The position numbers were made by a program, and so were the translations under genes. Source: an uncultured Gammaproteobacteria bacterium (GTDB taxonomy: Bacteria; Pseudomonadota; Gammaproteobacteria; UBA4575). From it: DNA of 64,000 nt. Position 1 is the stretch's first letter, and each line of letters opens with the position of its first letter. Positions 42,370-52,886 of this stretch are shown here, piece after piece. A model generated the notes under the pieces. That model was not told the DNA's origin and searched no databases. It was given only the letters and a program-made list of their open reading frames with translations. Location: assembly GCA_943789445.1 (NCBI GenBank), contig CALSUC010000001.1:306168-370167 (forward strand), read 5' to 3'.

Positions 42370-42677
42370 GATAGTTGAGCCTTGTGTAAAGTTAGGTATG
42401 ATTATTAAATCTCATAGTCTTTGTTTAATGTAAATTTAAATAACTATTATAAAGTTTAGCACAAGGTCTTGTTTAGCCTAAATTAAGATCTGTTATAGAT
42501 CTTGTTTATGGCTATCCAGAATGGGATCACCATACTGTCTCTGATGGTATTTTTTTTAGTAACTTAGGTCGGTAGAATGCCTGTGGTTATTATTTTTCGA
42601 TGGCTTTTTTGACTATCGTAATCGTGCAATGAAGCGTGAACGAATGAGTATTCGTGGAGTCGCTGAATTAAGGAGTA

Positions 42678-42989
42678 ATGATGAAAGCAATTATTTTGGC
42701 AATGGCCACTGTAGTAAGTTTGAGTTCTGGCCTAGTACAGGCAGCAGATATCGATGCGGGTAAAGCGAAATCAGCAAGTTGTGCAGGCTGCCATGGTGGT
42801 GCTGGCATTAGCCCAGCGCCTATCTATCCAAACCTGGCAGGCCAAAAAGAGATGTACCTGTATCAGCAATTAGCAGCATTCAAAAGCGGTACACGCGACA
42901 ATGCCATGATGGCATCTATGGTTGCCGGCTTGAGTGATGATGATATGAAAAACATCGCAGCCTACTACGCTAGCCTTTCTTGTAAGTAA
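42678..42989 (+). CDS. monoheme cytochrome c (class I, c552/c5-like)
   Basis: Signal peptide, CAGCHG heme-binding motif, and a distal Met ligand region (MMASMV). Confidence 0.85.
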   Translation: MMKAIILAMATVVSLSSGLVQAADIDAGKAKSASCAGCHGGAGISPAPIYPNLAGQKEMYLYQQLAAFKSGTRDNAMMASMVAGLSDDDMKNIAAYYASLSCK

Positions 42990-43034
42990 GAGAGTATTAG
43001 ATCAGCCTGACTCAGGCCGGTCTGTAGTTGGCGC

Positions 43035-43090
43035 AAAATCAAAGCCTGAACAGCGTTAAGTCATGACTTAACGCTGTTCGGGCTTTTTTA
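43035..43090. terminator. bidirectional rho-independent terminator (long palindrome)
   Basis: 20-bp stem GCCTGAACAGCGTTAAGTCA/TGACTTAACGCTGTTCGGGC centred on CATG, with an A-run before and TTTTTT after. Sits between convergent genes. Confidence 0.8.
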
Positions 43091-43570
43091 TAGACTGACG
43101 TGTTCTAATCCTAGAGCAATAACCAAAACTATCAATCCAATCAATAGGTTAAGCCCAACCAACTGGCGAATTTGGCCCAGACTCTTAGCCCCTGCTGCAA
43201 AATCCTTTGCCTCTACTGCGCGCTGCAACTTCTTATAAGGTGCAAAAAAGACATGCAGATAGATCAAAATCATGACGATGCCAAGGGCCTGCATGAGATG
43301 CACATGCCCGCCGACCGAGGCAAAACCGTTAAAGAATGAAAAGATCATCCAGTAACCGGTTAACGGTAATAAAATGACCGCTAGCCAGACCCATAGGAAA
43401 AAGCGTCCCAAGGTTTGAGACCACAGGGTTAAACGTTCAGGGGGTGCCAGCACGCTTGCTGCGACAGGGCGTAGTGCCACATAGGCGAAGAACATACCGC
43501 CAACCCAGATGACAGCGCTGAGGCCGTGTAGGGTGATGGCTAAAGGGTACATGAGGCTATCTAGAGTCAT
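43088..43570 (-). CDS. CopD/HemJ-like integral membrane protein
   Basis: ~160-aa four-TM protein resembling the CopD/DUF2269/HemJ families. Start set at the internal Met; could be 43639. Confidence 0.45.
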   Translation of the reverse strand: MTLDSLMYPLAITLHGLSAVIWVGGMFFAYVALRPVAASVLAPPERLTLWSQTLGRFFLWVWLAVILLPLTGYWMIFSFFNGFASVGGHVHLMQALGIVMILIYLHVFFAPYKKLQRAVEAKDFAAGAKSLGQIRQLVGLNLLIGLIVLVIALGLEHVSL

Positions 43571-43703
43571 AGTGTGTGCTCGTAGTAAAATATGGCTCTT
43601 AGTATAGAGCAGCAAGGCAATTTGCAATACTGACTTCATCCCTATGCAAAGCGCTACGAGCTAGGATAAAGTTGCGGTATAGAGTCATAGACAAGGAAAT
43701 ATC

Positions 43704-44375
43704 ATGGAAAACTGGATTGCACCCTCGATTTTGGCGGCAGATTTCGCTCGTTTAGGTGAAGAGGTCGACAATGTATTGGCGGCCGGTGCGGATATCGTAC
43801 ATTTCGATGTTATGGATAATCACTATGTACCTAACCTGACGATTGGTCCCTTGGTTTGTGAGGCCTTACGAAAATACGGTATTACAGCGCCGATTGATGT
43901 GCATCTCATGGTCTCGCCAGTTGACCGTTTGATCGGTGATTTTGCGGCTGCTGGTGCCAGCTATATTACCTTTCACCCAGAAGCGAGTGAGCATGTGGAT
44001 CGCAGTCTAGAGCTGGTCCGCAGTAGTGGCTGCAAGAGTGGTCTGGTGTTTAACCCAGCAACACCACTGCATTATCTCGACTATGTAATGGATAAGGTCG
44101 ATATGATTTTACTGATGTCGGTTAACCCTGGCTTTGGTGGCCAATCATTTATCCCGTCGACGCTAGATAAGGTGGCGCAGGTGCGTGAGCGCATTGTGGC
44201 CTCAGGTCGAGATATTCGCCTAGAAGTCGATGGTGGGGTAAAGATCGATAATATTGGCGCGATTAAAGCGGCCGGCGCCGATACCTTTGTTGCTGGTTCC
44301 GCTATTTTTAATAGTGATGACTATGCAACAGCGATAGCAGCAATGCGGCAAGAGCTGGCAGTGGCCAGTCGTTAA
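43704..44375 (+). CDS. rpe: ribulose-phosphate 3-epimerase
   Basis: [18 protein letters not shown]-terminus and [14 protein letters not shown] motif. Confidence 0.95.
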   Translation: MENWIAPSILAADFARLGEEVDNVLAAGADIVHFDVMDNHYVPNLTIGPLVCEALRKYGITAPIDVHLMVSPVDRLIGDFAAAGASYITFHPEASEHVDRSLELVRSSGCKSGLVFNPATPLHYLDYVMDKVDMILLMSVNPGFGGQSFIPSTLDKVAQVRERIVASGRDIRLEVDGGVKIDNIGAIKAAGADTFVAGSAIFNSDDYATAIAAMRQELAVASR

Positions 44376-44411
44376 TCAACGGCTAGCACAGCTAGGATAA
44401 GGATTTCTCTT

Positions 44412-45092
44412 TTGCCAAGTTACCTAAAAAAGCCAGAGTGGCTTTGTTTCGATCTGGACGGCACTTTAGTCGATAGTGCGCCTGATATTGCAGCAGCCAT
44501 GAATTATGCCTTGCAGGAAATGGGTTTAGCACCAGCGACACTGGCTGAGGTACGTAACTTTATTGGTGACGGGGCTTATGTCTTGTTGCAGCGTGGTTTG
44601 TCTCACGCCGGGCTGGAGCAGCCGAGTGAAGCTGACATGGTGCAGGCTAGACGTTACTTTGATCTGGCCTATGGCGAGGGTATCGCAGCACATAGTATTT
44701 GTTACCCCGATTGTGAAACAGTACTGGCCTCATTTGCGGCGCAGGCGATACCGATGGCTCTGGTCACTAATAAGCCACGCCAGTTTGTGCCGCCGTTACT
44801 GCAGAGATTGGGTTTATCTGATTATTTCCCGGTGCTACTTTGTGGTGATGACCTAGCGCAAAAGAAGCCTCATCCTGCGCCGATTCAATCGGCGGTGGCG
44901 CAAATGCAGAAGGAAGTGACTAGCGGCTATATGGTGGGAGACTCGGTTACCGATATGGAAGCAGCGTGGCGTGCCGGTGCGGGTGCAATTTATATGTCCT
45001 ATGGCTATAATCGCGGCGTCTCAGTCGAACAATTTAATCCCATACGATTAAATGGACTGGCGCAATTATTGAATCTATTTGAACGAGAGTAA
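44412..45092 (+). CDS. gph: phosphoglycolate phosphatase (HAD family)
   Basis: FDLDGTLVDSAPDI motif I; position between rpe and trpE as in Pseudomonas. Confidence 0.85.
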   Translation: MPSYLKKPEWLCFDLDGTLVDSAPDIAAAMNYALQEMGLAPATLAEVRNFIGDGAYVLLQRGLSHAGLEQPSEADMVQARRYFDLAYGEGIAAHSICYPDCETVLASFAAQAIPMALVTNKPRQFVPPLLQRLGLSDYFPVLLCGDDLAQKKPHPAPIQSAVAQMQKEVTSGYMVGDSVTDMEAAWRAGAGAIYMSYGYNRGVSVEQFNPIRLNGLAQLLNLFERE

Positions 45093-45095
45093 TGG

Positions 45096-45149
45096 ATGTT
45101 TCATCTTCCTATAAAAGATTGGCAGTTTGATCAGCGTTGGCGTGCGTAG
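45096..45149 (+). promoter_or_regulatory. candidate trp leader peptide ORF (17 codons, 2 Trp) with a downstream T-run attenuator
   Basis: ATG TTT CAT CTT CCT ATA AAA GAT TGG CAG TTT GAT CAG CGT TGG CGT GCG TAG. A GC-rich segment and TTTTTTT at 45182-45188 lie just before the trpE start. Confidence 0.45.
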
Positions 45150-45207
45150 CGTGTCTAGAGCGCTGCTCGCGAGTGTCTGTCTTTTTTTAATTTGAATTTG
45201 AGTATCC

Positions 45208-46686
45208 ATGAAACCATCAACTTTTTCTGAATTTGCCAAACAGGGTTTTAGCCACGTCCCCGTCGTGCGCGAGGTCGGTGCCGATCTCGATACCCCACTC
45301 AGTGCCTATCTTAAGCTGGCCAACACCCCCTATAGTTTTCTATTTGAATCCGTCCATGGTGGTGAGCGTTGGGGCCGTTATTCTATTATCGGTTTGCAGT
45401 GTGATGAAGTCATCTCGGTACGTGGAGAAGAAATCACTAGGACACAACAAGGTCAGGTCGTTGAGCAATTAGCACATGCTGACCCGTTGAGCTGGATAGA
45501 AGATTATCGTCAGCAGTTTAAGTTGCCTAAGATTGCTGGACTGCCAGGGTTTATTGGTGGCTTGGTAGGTTACTTTGGCTATGAAACCATTCGGTATATC
45601 GAACCTCGGCTGGCTAAAGAGCAAAAGCCTGATGCGCTGAATGCGCCCGATATCTGTTTAATGACCAGTGGTGAATTATTGGTCTTTGATAGTCTCAAGT
45701 CTTCAGTGTTTATTGTCTTATTGGTCTCAACAAAAGACGAAAATAACTTGGCAAAAGCACAGCTGCGGATTGATCAGCTAGCGACTGCCATGCAGCAGAA
45801 AGTGTCTTTACCGGTATTAGACCTTAGTGATCAGCCAACCAATGATCTTGATTTCGTTTCTGGCTTTAGCCAAGAAGGTTTTAAGACCGCGGTCGAAAGT
45901 GCGCGAGATTATATTGCGCAGGGTGATGCCATGCAGGTGGTTCTGTCGCAGCGTCTGAGTGCACCCTTTAATGGGGAGCCCTTAGATGTGTATCGTCATC
46001 TGCGTCGATTGAATCCTTCACCGCATATGTATTATTTAGATATGGGTGACTTCCAGATTGTTGGATCATCACCAGAAATTTTAGTGCGACAAGAAGAACA
46101 GCAAGTGACCCTACGTCCGATCGCAGGTACGCGTCCACGCGGTGCTACTGAGGCAGAAGACTTAGCGTTAGAAAAAGAATTACTCAGCGATCCAAAAGAA
46201 TTGGCAGAACATTTGATGCTGATCGATCTGGGTCGTAATGATGTTGGTCGTATCGCTAAGACGGGTACCGTCGAGCTGACCGATAAAATGATCATCGAGC
46301 GTTATTCGCATGTGATGCATATCGTCTCGAATGTCACTGGTGAATTGCTCGACGACTACTCCAGCATGGATGTGTTGCGGGCTACCTTCCCGGCAGGCAC
46401 TGTTTCTGGTGCGCCTAAGATTAGAGCGATGGAAATCATTGATGAGTTAGAGCCGATCAAGCGTGGCGTCTACTCCGGTGCCATTGGTTATCTCTCATGG
46501 TACGGCGACATGGATACCGCTATTGCGATTCGCACAGCGGTGATACAAGATCAAACGATTCATGTGCAGGCCGGTGCCGGTATTGTGTATGACTCGGTTG
46601 CAGAGAATGAATGGCAAGAAACGATGAATAAGGCGAAGGCCGTACTACGTGCTGCCGCGCTGGCCGATAAGCCAGCCAAGCAATAG
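45208..46686 (+). CDS. trpE: anthranilate synthase component I
   Basis: Chorismate-binding domain motifs (GAIGYLSWYGDMDTAIAIRT) and an N-terminal Trp feedback region (LESV). Confidence 0.95.
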   Translation: MKPSTFSEFAKQGFSHVPVVREVGADLDTPLSAYLKLANTPYSFLFESVHGGERWGRYSIIGLQCDEVISVRGEEITRTQQGQVVEQLAHADPLSWIEDYRQQFKLPKIAGLPGFIGGLVGYFGYETIRYIEPRLAKEQKPDALNAPDICLMTSGELLVFDSLKSSVFIVLLVSTKDENNLAKAQLRIDQLATAMQQKVSLPVLDLSDQPTNDLDFVSGFSQEGFKTAVESARDYIAQGDAMQVVLSQRLSAPFNGEPLDVYRHLRRLNPSPHMYYLDMGDFQIVGSSPEILVRQEEQQVTLRPIAGTRPRGATEAEDLALEKELLSDPKELAEHLMLIDLGRNDVGRIAKTGTVELTDKMIIERYSHVMHIVSNVTGELLDDYSSMDVLRATFPAGTVSGAPKIRAMEIIDELEPIKRGVYSGAIGYLSWYGDMDTAIAIRTAVIQDQTIHVQAGAGIVYDSVAENEWQETMNKAKAVLRAAALADKPAKQ

Positions 46687-46701
46687 CAGGAAAGTAAAAC
46701 T

Positions 46702-47283
46702 ATGCTTTTGATGATCGATAACTATGATTCCTTTACTTATAACCTGGTGCAGTACTTTGCTGAGCTAGGCCAGCAGGTGAAGGTTGTGCGTAATGACGCC
46801 ATTGGCCTGCAAGAGATCGCTCAAATGAAACCGGATCATATTGTGTTATCGCCAGGGCCTTGCACCCCAAATGAAGCCGGTATCTCGCTGCAAGTGGTTG
46901 AGGAGTTTGCGGGCAAGATTCCATTGCTCGGTGTCTGCCTTGGGCATCAAACGATAGGGCAGGCGTATGGTGGCAAGATCGTGCGCGCTAGTGACATCAT
47001 GCATGGTAAGACCTCGCCAGTGCATCACCATGATCAGCATATGTTTAAAGATTGCACGCAGCCGTTCACTGCGACTCGTTATCACTCATTGGTTATCGAG
47101 AAGGCCAGCTTGCCAGAATGTTTGCAGGTCACCGCGTGGACCGAAACAGAAGATGGGCAGATTGATGAAATTATGGGTGTGCGACATAAAGAGCTGGCTG
47201 TGGAAGGCGTGCAGTTTCACCCGGAATCGATCCTTACAGACTTTGGCCATCACGTGCTAAAGAACTTTGTCGAACAGAATTAA
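46702..47283 (+). CDS. trpG: anthranilate synthase component II (glutamine amidotransferase)
   Basis: Class-I GATase: [11 protein letters not shown], catalytic GVCLGHQ, HPES. Confidence 0.93.
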   Translation: MLLMIDNYDSFTYNLVQYFAELGQQVKVVRNDAIGLQEIAQMKPDHIVLSPGPCTPNEAGISLQVVEEFAGKIPLLGVCLGHQTIGQAYGGKIVRASDIMHGKTSPVHHHDQHMFKDCTQPFTATRYHSLVIEKASLPECLQVTAWTETEDGQIDEIMGVRHKELAVEGVQFHPESILTDFGHHVLKNFVEQN

Positions 47284-47284
47284 T

Positions 47285-48307
47285 ATGAGTGTTATTCAGC
47301 AGCATCTAGGTCAGCTTATTATCGGACAAGACTTAACGTCGGCCGAGATGGAAGCAGCGATGGATAGCATCATGCAAGGTGAGGCGACACCCGCTCAAAT
47401 TGCAGGATTTATTGTTGCCTTACGGATGAAAGGTGAGACGGTCGATGAGTTGGCTGCAGCGGCACGTGTCATGCGCAAGTTGTCGAGTAAGGTCGATCTG
47501 GGTCAGCAAGATTTAGTCGACACCTGCGGTACTGGTGGCGATGGTCAAAAAACATTTAACATCTCAACCGCGTCGGCGATAGTCGCCGCCTCTGCTGGGG
47601 TCAAGATTGCCAAGCATGGCAATCGATCAGTCTCAAGCAAGACTGGTAGTGCCGATGTGTTGGAAACACTGGGTGTGCGTTTAGATGTCAGCCCAGAAGT
47701 TATTGCCAACTGTGTGCGACAGGTCGGTATCGGCTTTATGTTTGCACCGATGCATCATAGTTGTATGAAGCATGCGATTGGCCCACGCAAAGAATTAGCC
47801 GTGCGTACCCTATTTAATCTGCTCGGACCTTTAACCAATCCGGCCGGTGCAAAAAGGCAAGTGATGGGCGTTTTTGATGACGTCTGGCTAGAGCCTTTAG
47901 CCAAGGTGTTAAATAGCTTAGGCAGCGAGCATTGCCTAGTAGTGCATGCCGATGATGGTTTGGATGAGATCAGTATCTCAGCACCCACTCAAGTCTGTGA
48001 GCTGAAGTATGGTGAGATCACACGGTTCCAAATCCAGCCAGAAGATTTCGGTTTGCAGCGTGCCGATGCCAGTGCGATTCGGGTAGAAGATGCGGCGCAA
48101 AGTGCGCAGATGATTCACGCGATCTTCGCAGGTGAGCAGGGCCCAGCAGCTGACATTGTTAGCCTCAATGCCGGTGCCGCGATCTACATTGCAAAACAAG
48201 CACCCTCTTTATCGGCAGGTGTTGAAATAGCCGCTAGCCAACTTCAGTCCGGGGCTGCCGCTAAGACCTTAGCCGCACTTATTGAATTTACGACAACCGT
48301 AGCATAA
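47285..48307 (+). CDS. trpD: anthranilate phosphoribosyltransferase
   Basis: CGTGGDG and NRSVSSKTGSADVLE motifs. Start taken at the Met just after the trpG stop; the ORF track begins 18 nt earlier. Confidence 0.92.
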   Translation: MSVIQQHLGQLIIGQDLTSAEMEAAMDSIMQGEATPAQIAGFIVALRMKGETVDELAAAARVMRKLSSKVDLGQQDLVDTCGTGGDGQKTFNISTASAIVAASAGVKIAKHGNRSVSSKTGSADVLETLGVRLDVSPEVIANCVRQVGIGFMFAPMHHSCMKHAIGPRKELAVRTLFNLLGPLTNPAGAKRQVMGVFDDVWLEPLAKVLNSLGSEHCLVVHADDGLDEISISAPTQVCELKYGEITRFQIQPEDFGLQRADASAIRVEDAAQSAQMIHAIFAGEQGPAADIVSLNAGAAIYIAKQAPSLSAGVEIAASQLQSGAAAKTLAALIEFTTTVA

Positions 48308-48324
48308 ACCAAGTCAGAGAAATT

Positions 48325-49143
48325 ATGAGCAACGAAGTACCTGAAATTTTAGAAAAAATCCTTACGCACAAACGAGCTGAGGTGGATGAAAAGAAAACCC
48401 GCGTGGCCGAATCGATGATGCAGGAATGGGCGCAGGACAACAAAGGTGATCAGCGACCGTTTGAGCAAATGCTACGTGCCGCAATTAGCGCCGATAAGCC
48501 TGGTGTGATCGCCGAGATCAAACGAGCCTCACCTAGCCAAGGCATCTTGCGCGAAAACTTTGACCCGATGTCGATTGCCAGTAGCTATCAATTTGGTGGT
48601 GCGACCTGTTTATCAGTCTTGACCGATAGTGAATTCTTTAAAGGTGGTGGTCCAGCGCTGGAGTTTGCGCGTAAGTCATGTGGTCTGCCGGTATTGCGTA
48701 AAGATTTTATTATCGATCCGTATCAAATCTATGAGACCAAGGCACTGACTGCGGATTGTGTTCTATTGATTGTGTCGGCACTGACAGATGAAGTCTTAGC
48801 CTCTTTGTATGAGCTAGCAAAATCATTGAACCTAGATGTTTTGATCGAGGTGCATAACGAGCAAGAGATGCAGCGCGCTCTAGCCCTGAAGCCGACCTTG
48901 ATCGGTGTGAATAATCGTAACCTACATACCTTTGAAGTTGATCTAGATACGACCTTACGTCTGCGTGACATGGTGCCGCCTGAAGTCGCCTTGGTTACAG
49001 AGAGTGGTATTCACTCGTTAGAAGATATCGCCAAGATGCGTGAAAATGATATTCACTTATTTTTGGTCGGTGAAGCCTTCATGCGTGCCGAAGACCCTGG
49101 TCAGAAATTAAAAGAATTATTTTTCCCTAATCGTAGTTATTAA
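48325..49143 (+). CDS. trpC: indole-3-glycerol phosphate synthase
   Basis: ILEKILTHKRAEV N-terminus, IAEIKRASPSQG, LIGVNNRNL motifs. Confidence 0.93.
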   Translation: MSNEVPEILEKILTHKRAEVDEKKTRVAESMMQEWAQDNKGDQRPFEQMLRAAISADKPGVIAEIKRASPSQGILRENFDPMSIASSYQFGGATCLSVLTDSEFFKGGGPALEFARKSCGLPVLRKDFIIDPYQIYETKALTADCVLLIVSALTDEVLASLYELAKSLNLDVLIEVHNEQEMQRALALKPTLIGVNNRNLHTFEVDLDTTLRLRDMVPPEVALVTESGIHSLEDIAKMRENDIHLFLVGEAFMRAEDPGQKLKELFFPNRSY

Positions 49144-49186
49144 AGCAGCTAGCCGATAAAGGCATGAGTTGAAGGTTTAGGAAAGA

Positions 49187-49966
49187 ATGGATAAAGAGTC
49201 GAAGATCAGCCTGTATGGGTTTAACAACCTGACGAAGACGCTGAGTTTCAATTTTTACGATATTTGTTACGCCAAAAACGAACGTCAGCGTACAGAGTAT
49301 CTGGCCTATATTGATGAGACCTATAATAGCCAGAGACTGACCGAGGTATTGCAGGAAGTAGCTAAGATTATTGGCGCCAACATCCTCAATATTGCGACCC
49401 AAGACTATGAGCCAAGTGGCTCTAGTGTGACCATGTTGATCTCAGAAGAGGATGCCTACGATGTTGACGATCCCAACTGCCCAAGTGTGGTTGCGCACTT
49501 AGATAAAAGTCACCTAACGGCGCACACCTATCCTGAGTCACATCCGGATGGTGGTATCAGTACCTTTCGTGCCGATCTGGATATCTCCACCTGTGGTCGT
49601 ATCTCGCCGTTAAAGGCGCTCAACTTCTTAATCGATAGCTTTGACGAAGACATCGTCATTATGGACTACCGCATCCGTGGTTTTACTCGCGATGTGGAAG
49701 GTAGGAAGTTTTATAAAGACCACTCGATTTCGTCGATTCAAGATTATCTGTCAGAGCGCACACGGGCCCAGTATCAAATGATTGACGTCAATGTGTATCC
49801 GGAAAATTTCTTTCATACGAAGATGATGTTGAAAGATTTTTCGTTCGATAATTATTTCTTTGGGCAGGGCTCGGGGGATATGAGTGCCGCTGAGATCGAG
49901 AAGGTCGAAAAGCGTCTTAAAAAAGAAATGACAGAGATTTTTTATGGCATGAATATGCCGGACTAA
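49187..49966 (+). CDS. speD: S-adenosylmethionine decarboxylase proenzyme (class 1B, E. coli-type)
   Basis: Near-colinear with E. coli SpeD: [40 protein letters not shown]. Confidence 0.93.
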   Translation: MDKESKISLYGFNNLTKTLSFNFYDICYAKNERQRTEYLAYIDETYNSQRLTEVLQEVAKIIGANILNIATQDYEPSGSSVTMLISEEDAYDVDDPNCPSVVAHLDKSHLTAHTYPESHPDGGISTFRADLDISTCGRISPLKALNFLIDSFDEDIVIMDYRIRGFTRDVEGRKFYKDHSISSIQDYLSERTRAQYQMIDVNVYPENFFHTKMMLKDFSFDNYFFGQGSGDMSAAEIEKVEKRLKKEMTEIFYGMNMPD

Positions 49967-50625
49967 ATCCAGTAGGCACCACTGGTCATACCTTTTGAAA
50001 CCAGTGTCATGATTTTTTTGATTGGTTTAGGTAGTTCATGTGCGCCAAGTTTTCTGGCTTCTTCACCGTGATGGCGTTCGTCTTCACGCATCTGTTCTAA
50101 GATCGCTCGGCTACGATTGTCTTCCACCGACAACTGGCCTAGATGATCATCCAAATGGCGTTCGACCTGTGCCTCAGTCTCTGCAACAAAACCCAAGCTC
50201 CAGCGATCACCAACCCAGCCTGCGCTGGCACCTAACACATAGGAAGAGGCATACCAAAAAGGGCTTAAGAGACTGCGTGGGGCGTTTAATTCGGACAGAC
50301 GGGTCTCACACCAAGCAAGATGATTGAGTTCCTCCTGTGCCGAGGTCTCCATCTGTCGTAAGGTTTGTTGATTTTGCGCAGTTAATGCCTGACCGTGATA
50401 AAGCCCTTGAGCAGCAATTTCACCCGCATGGTTGACGCGCATTAACCTAGCCGACTCAATACGCTCTTGCAGACTCAGATCATCTTCAATCATGTCCTGT
50501 GCTGGGTAGGGTGCTGAAATTGTTCTGCGTTGTAGGGTGACCACGCGTAGCCCACGGTCAAATTCTTGAATCAGGCGGTCGGCGAGACTGAAGTGGCGTA
50601 ATGGTTTATTCGGTGTGTTACTCAT
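49963..50625 (-). CDS. coq7: demethoxyubiquinone hydroxylase (Coq7 family)
   Basis: Ferritin-like di-iron motifs; [24 protein letters not shown] matches Pseudomonas Coq7. Confidence 0.9.
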   Translation of the reverse strand: MSNTPNKPLRHFSLADRLIQEFDRGLRVVTLQRRTISAPYPAQDMIEDDLSLQERIESARLMRVNHAGEIAAQGLYHGQALTAQNQQTLRQMETSAQEELNHLAWCETRLSELNAPRSLLSPFWYASSYVLGASAGWVGDRWSLGFVAETEAQVERHLDDHLGQLSVEDNRSRAILEQMREDERHHGEEARKLGAHELPKPIKKIMTLVSKGMTSGAYWI

Positions 50626-50634
50626 ACTCAGATG

Positions 50635-51819
50635 TTAACTCAGTTGTCTCGCTAGTAATTCGATCGGGTGCATGATCTCTACCTGTTGGGCCTGTGCACT
50701 CAAGGCCATACGTAACTGGCTGCTGCAGCCAACGTTCGCTGACAACACCAGATCGACCTCTGCCGCCGCGATGGTTTGAGCCTTACGCTGGGCTAATGCC
50801 TGGTTACTGGCCTCTGGCGTTAATAATTGCACACCACCAGCACCACAGCAGTGCAGATTATCATTGAACTCATGCACATCGAGCTGCGGTATCTTCGCCA
50901 ATAGCTGATACATCGCTTTCATTGCGGCTGGGTTTGCATGCAGGCTACAAGGGATGTGCAGTAATACTTTTTTGTTTAGAGCACGTGGCTTTAGCGTGTT
51001 AAATGCGTCCTGCGCCAGCAGCCATTGCTGAATGTCCCAATGCTTCAGGCCGGCCTTATCTATCTGCTCTAGCTGGCTACCGCAGCCGCTGGCAATACTG
51101 ACGACATCACGGCATGACAGCGTGGCCCAGTGCTGGCGTAGTTGCTGCCGTTGTTTTTCGGCATAGTCAGGCAAGCCAGCATGCTGCGCCAGAGCGCTAC
51201 AGCAATCGCTAGCGGCACTTAGGCGAGGTTTGCATCCCATGGCGCGGATAAGCAGTTGTGCGCTGTCTAAGGTGCGCTGATCCATTATGCGGCCGCTGCA
51301 GCCTTGGAATAACAGTACCGATTGACCCGAAGCAGCAGCCGTGGTCTTTATGGGCGCTATTTTGTCTGCGCTCGTGATACTGGCAGCGAGCCTAGCGAGC
51401 TGACTGAAGGCAGAGGAACCAGAGCGATTCAGTCGTCGTGCCAAGGGTAGGCTGGCCTTGATTAGGGTTTGGCCGATACCGCTACTGAGTCCGTGGATCA
51501 GCAGAGTCTGTAACAGTCGTGGAATAAGAGGTAAATGCTTACGATAGGCACTACGTCCGGCATCGATGATCGCCTCGAAATCAACTTTAGCTGGACAAAC
51601 CTGCTGACATTTTAGACAGGTGGTGCAGCTCTGTAGGTGTTGGTTTAGCGCTGGGCTAGGGTCTAATTGCTCTTCTAAGAAAGCCTTGACCAGTGAAATA
51701 CGTCCACGCGGCGACTCTCCCTCATGTTGGCTGACCGCATAGGTTGGGCAGTGAGGCAGGCAGAGGCCGCACATTACACAATGCTCAGTGTTTCTTATAC
51801 TGTCAGTAGGATGCGACAT
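50635..51819 (-). CDS. (Fe-S)-binding protein, GlcF/heterodisulfide-reductase-like (two 4Fe-4S motifs plus CCG domains)
   Basis: CVMCGLCLPHCP and CTTCLKCQQVCP ferredoxin motifs; C-terminal CCG motif (LHCCGAGG). Confidence 0.7.
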   Translation of the reverse strand: MSHPTDSIRNTEHCVMCGLCLPHCPTYAVSQHEGESPRGRISLVKAFLEEQLDPSPALNQHLQSCTTCLKCQQVCPAKVDFEAIIDAGRSAYRKHLPLIPRLLQTLLIHGLSSGIGQTLIKASLPLARRLNRSGSSAFSQLARLAASITSADKIAPIKTTAAASGQSVLLFQGCSGRIMDQRTLDSAQLLIRAMGCKPRLSAASDCCSALAQHAGLPDYAEKQRQQLRQHWATLSCRDVVSIASGCGSQLEQIDKAGLKHWDIQQWLLAQDAFNTLKPRALNKKVLLHIPCSLHANPAAMKAMYQLLAKIPQLDVHEFNDNLHCCGAGGVQLLTPEASNQALAQRKAQTIAAAEVDLVLSANVGCSSQLRMALSAQAQQVEIMHPIELLARQLS

Positions 51820-51886
51820 CGATGGGCTACAGCGGCTTACATTTCGGTTAAGGTTAACTATTCACCAGAGTTTAGGATTTATTGCC

Positions 51887-52192
51887 ATGAGTTACTACAA
51901 ACGCCATATGTTTATTTGTACAAACCAACGCGAAGACAAGATTTGCTGTCAGGATCACGGTGCCGCTGAAAAGCGCAATGCAGTGAAAAAGATAGCCAAG
52001 GAGCTAGGCCTTAGCGGACAAGGCAAGATTCGTATCAATAATGCGGGCTGTTTAGACCGCTGTTCCGAGGGGCCAGTGGCGGTGGTGTATCCGGATGAGA
52101 CCTGGTATCGCTATGAAAGCGTGGCCGATCTCGAGGAAATCGTGCATAAACACCTCGATCAGGGGCAGCCAGTCGAGCGTTTGAAGATCTAG
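51887..52192 (+). CDS. thioredoxin-like [2Fe-2S] ferredoxin
   Basis: Cys pattern C-x-C...C-x3-C (FICTNQ...CCQDHG...GCLDRC) in ~100 aa. Start set at internal Met MSYYKRHM. Confidence 0.65.
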   Translation: MSYYKRHMFICTNQREDKICCQDHGAAEKRNAVKKIAKELGLSGQGKIRINNAGCLDRCSEGPVAVVYPDETWYRYESVADLEEIVHKHLDQGQPVERLKI

Positions 52193-52324
52193 GGGAGCTA
52201 ACTGCTGTACAGGATGATTACCGTTAATCGATTGGTAAAGCTTGACAAGCCTTTACTAATATTAGAAGATGCAAATATTCAAATATTATTGAATATTGCT
52301 TTACTCCTCTTGTGGTATCCATTA

Positions 52325-52360
52325 CGCGACGGCCTTAATTAGGCCGCCGCGTTTTTTTTT
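52325..52360 (+). terminator. rho-independent terminator
   Basis: CGCGACGGCC-TTAATTA-GGCCGCCGCG followed by T9. Confidence 0.75.
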
Positions 52361-52452
52361 GCCTAAAAAGTAACCGCGAAGCGTTTAATTGGCTTGTTTA
52401 GCCTCAACTACTCTAGTAGTATTGCGCGCCTTTACAGAATTCTATTACCCGT

Positions 52453-52881
52453 ATGAAAACACTAAGCACAAAACCTGCTGATGTCATTCGCCAATGGTTT
52501 TTGGTCGATGCCACTGATAAAACATTAGGTCGTCTATCGACTGAGATTGCTCGTCGCCTGCGCGGTAAGCATAAGCCAGAATACACGCCACACGTGGATA
52601 CGGGCGATTACATCATTGTAGTTAACGCGGAAAAAATTCACGTTACCGGCAATAAGTTGAACGACAAGATGTACTACCACCACACTGGTTACATCGGCAA
52701 CATGAAGAAGACTAATCTTTCTGATCTATTGGAAGAGCACCCAGAACGCGTCATTGAGACAGCGGTTAAGGGTATGTTGCCAAAGAATCCATTAGGTCGT
52801 GCGATGTTCTCCAAGCTTAAAGTCTATGCTGGCCCAGAACATAAGCATCAATCGCAGCAACCAGAAACTCTGGATATTTAA
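52453..52881 (+). CDS. rplM: 50S ribosomal protein L13
   Basis: Canonical L13 sequence ([11 protein letters not shown]...WFLVDA). Confidence 0.97.
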   Translation: MKTLSTKPADVIRQWFLVDATDKTLGRLSTEIARRLRGKHKPEYTPHVDTGDYIIVVNAEKIHVTGNKLNDKMYYHHTGYIGNMKKTNLSDLLEEHPERVIETAVKGMLPKNPLGRAMFSKLKVYAGPEHKHQSQQPETLDI

Positions 52882-52886
52882 AGAAT

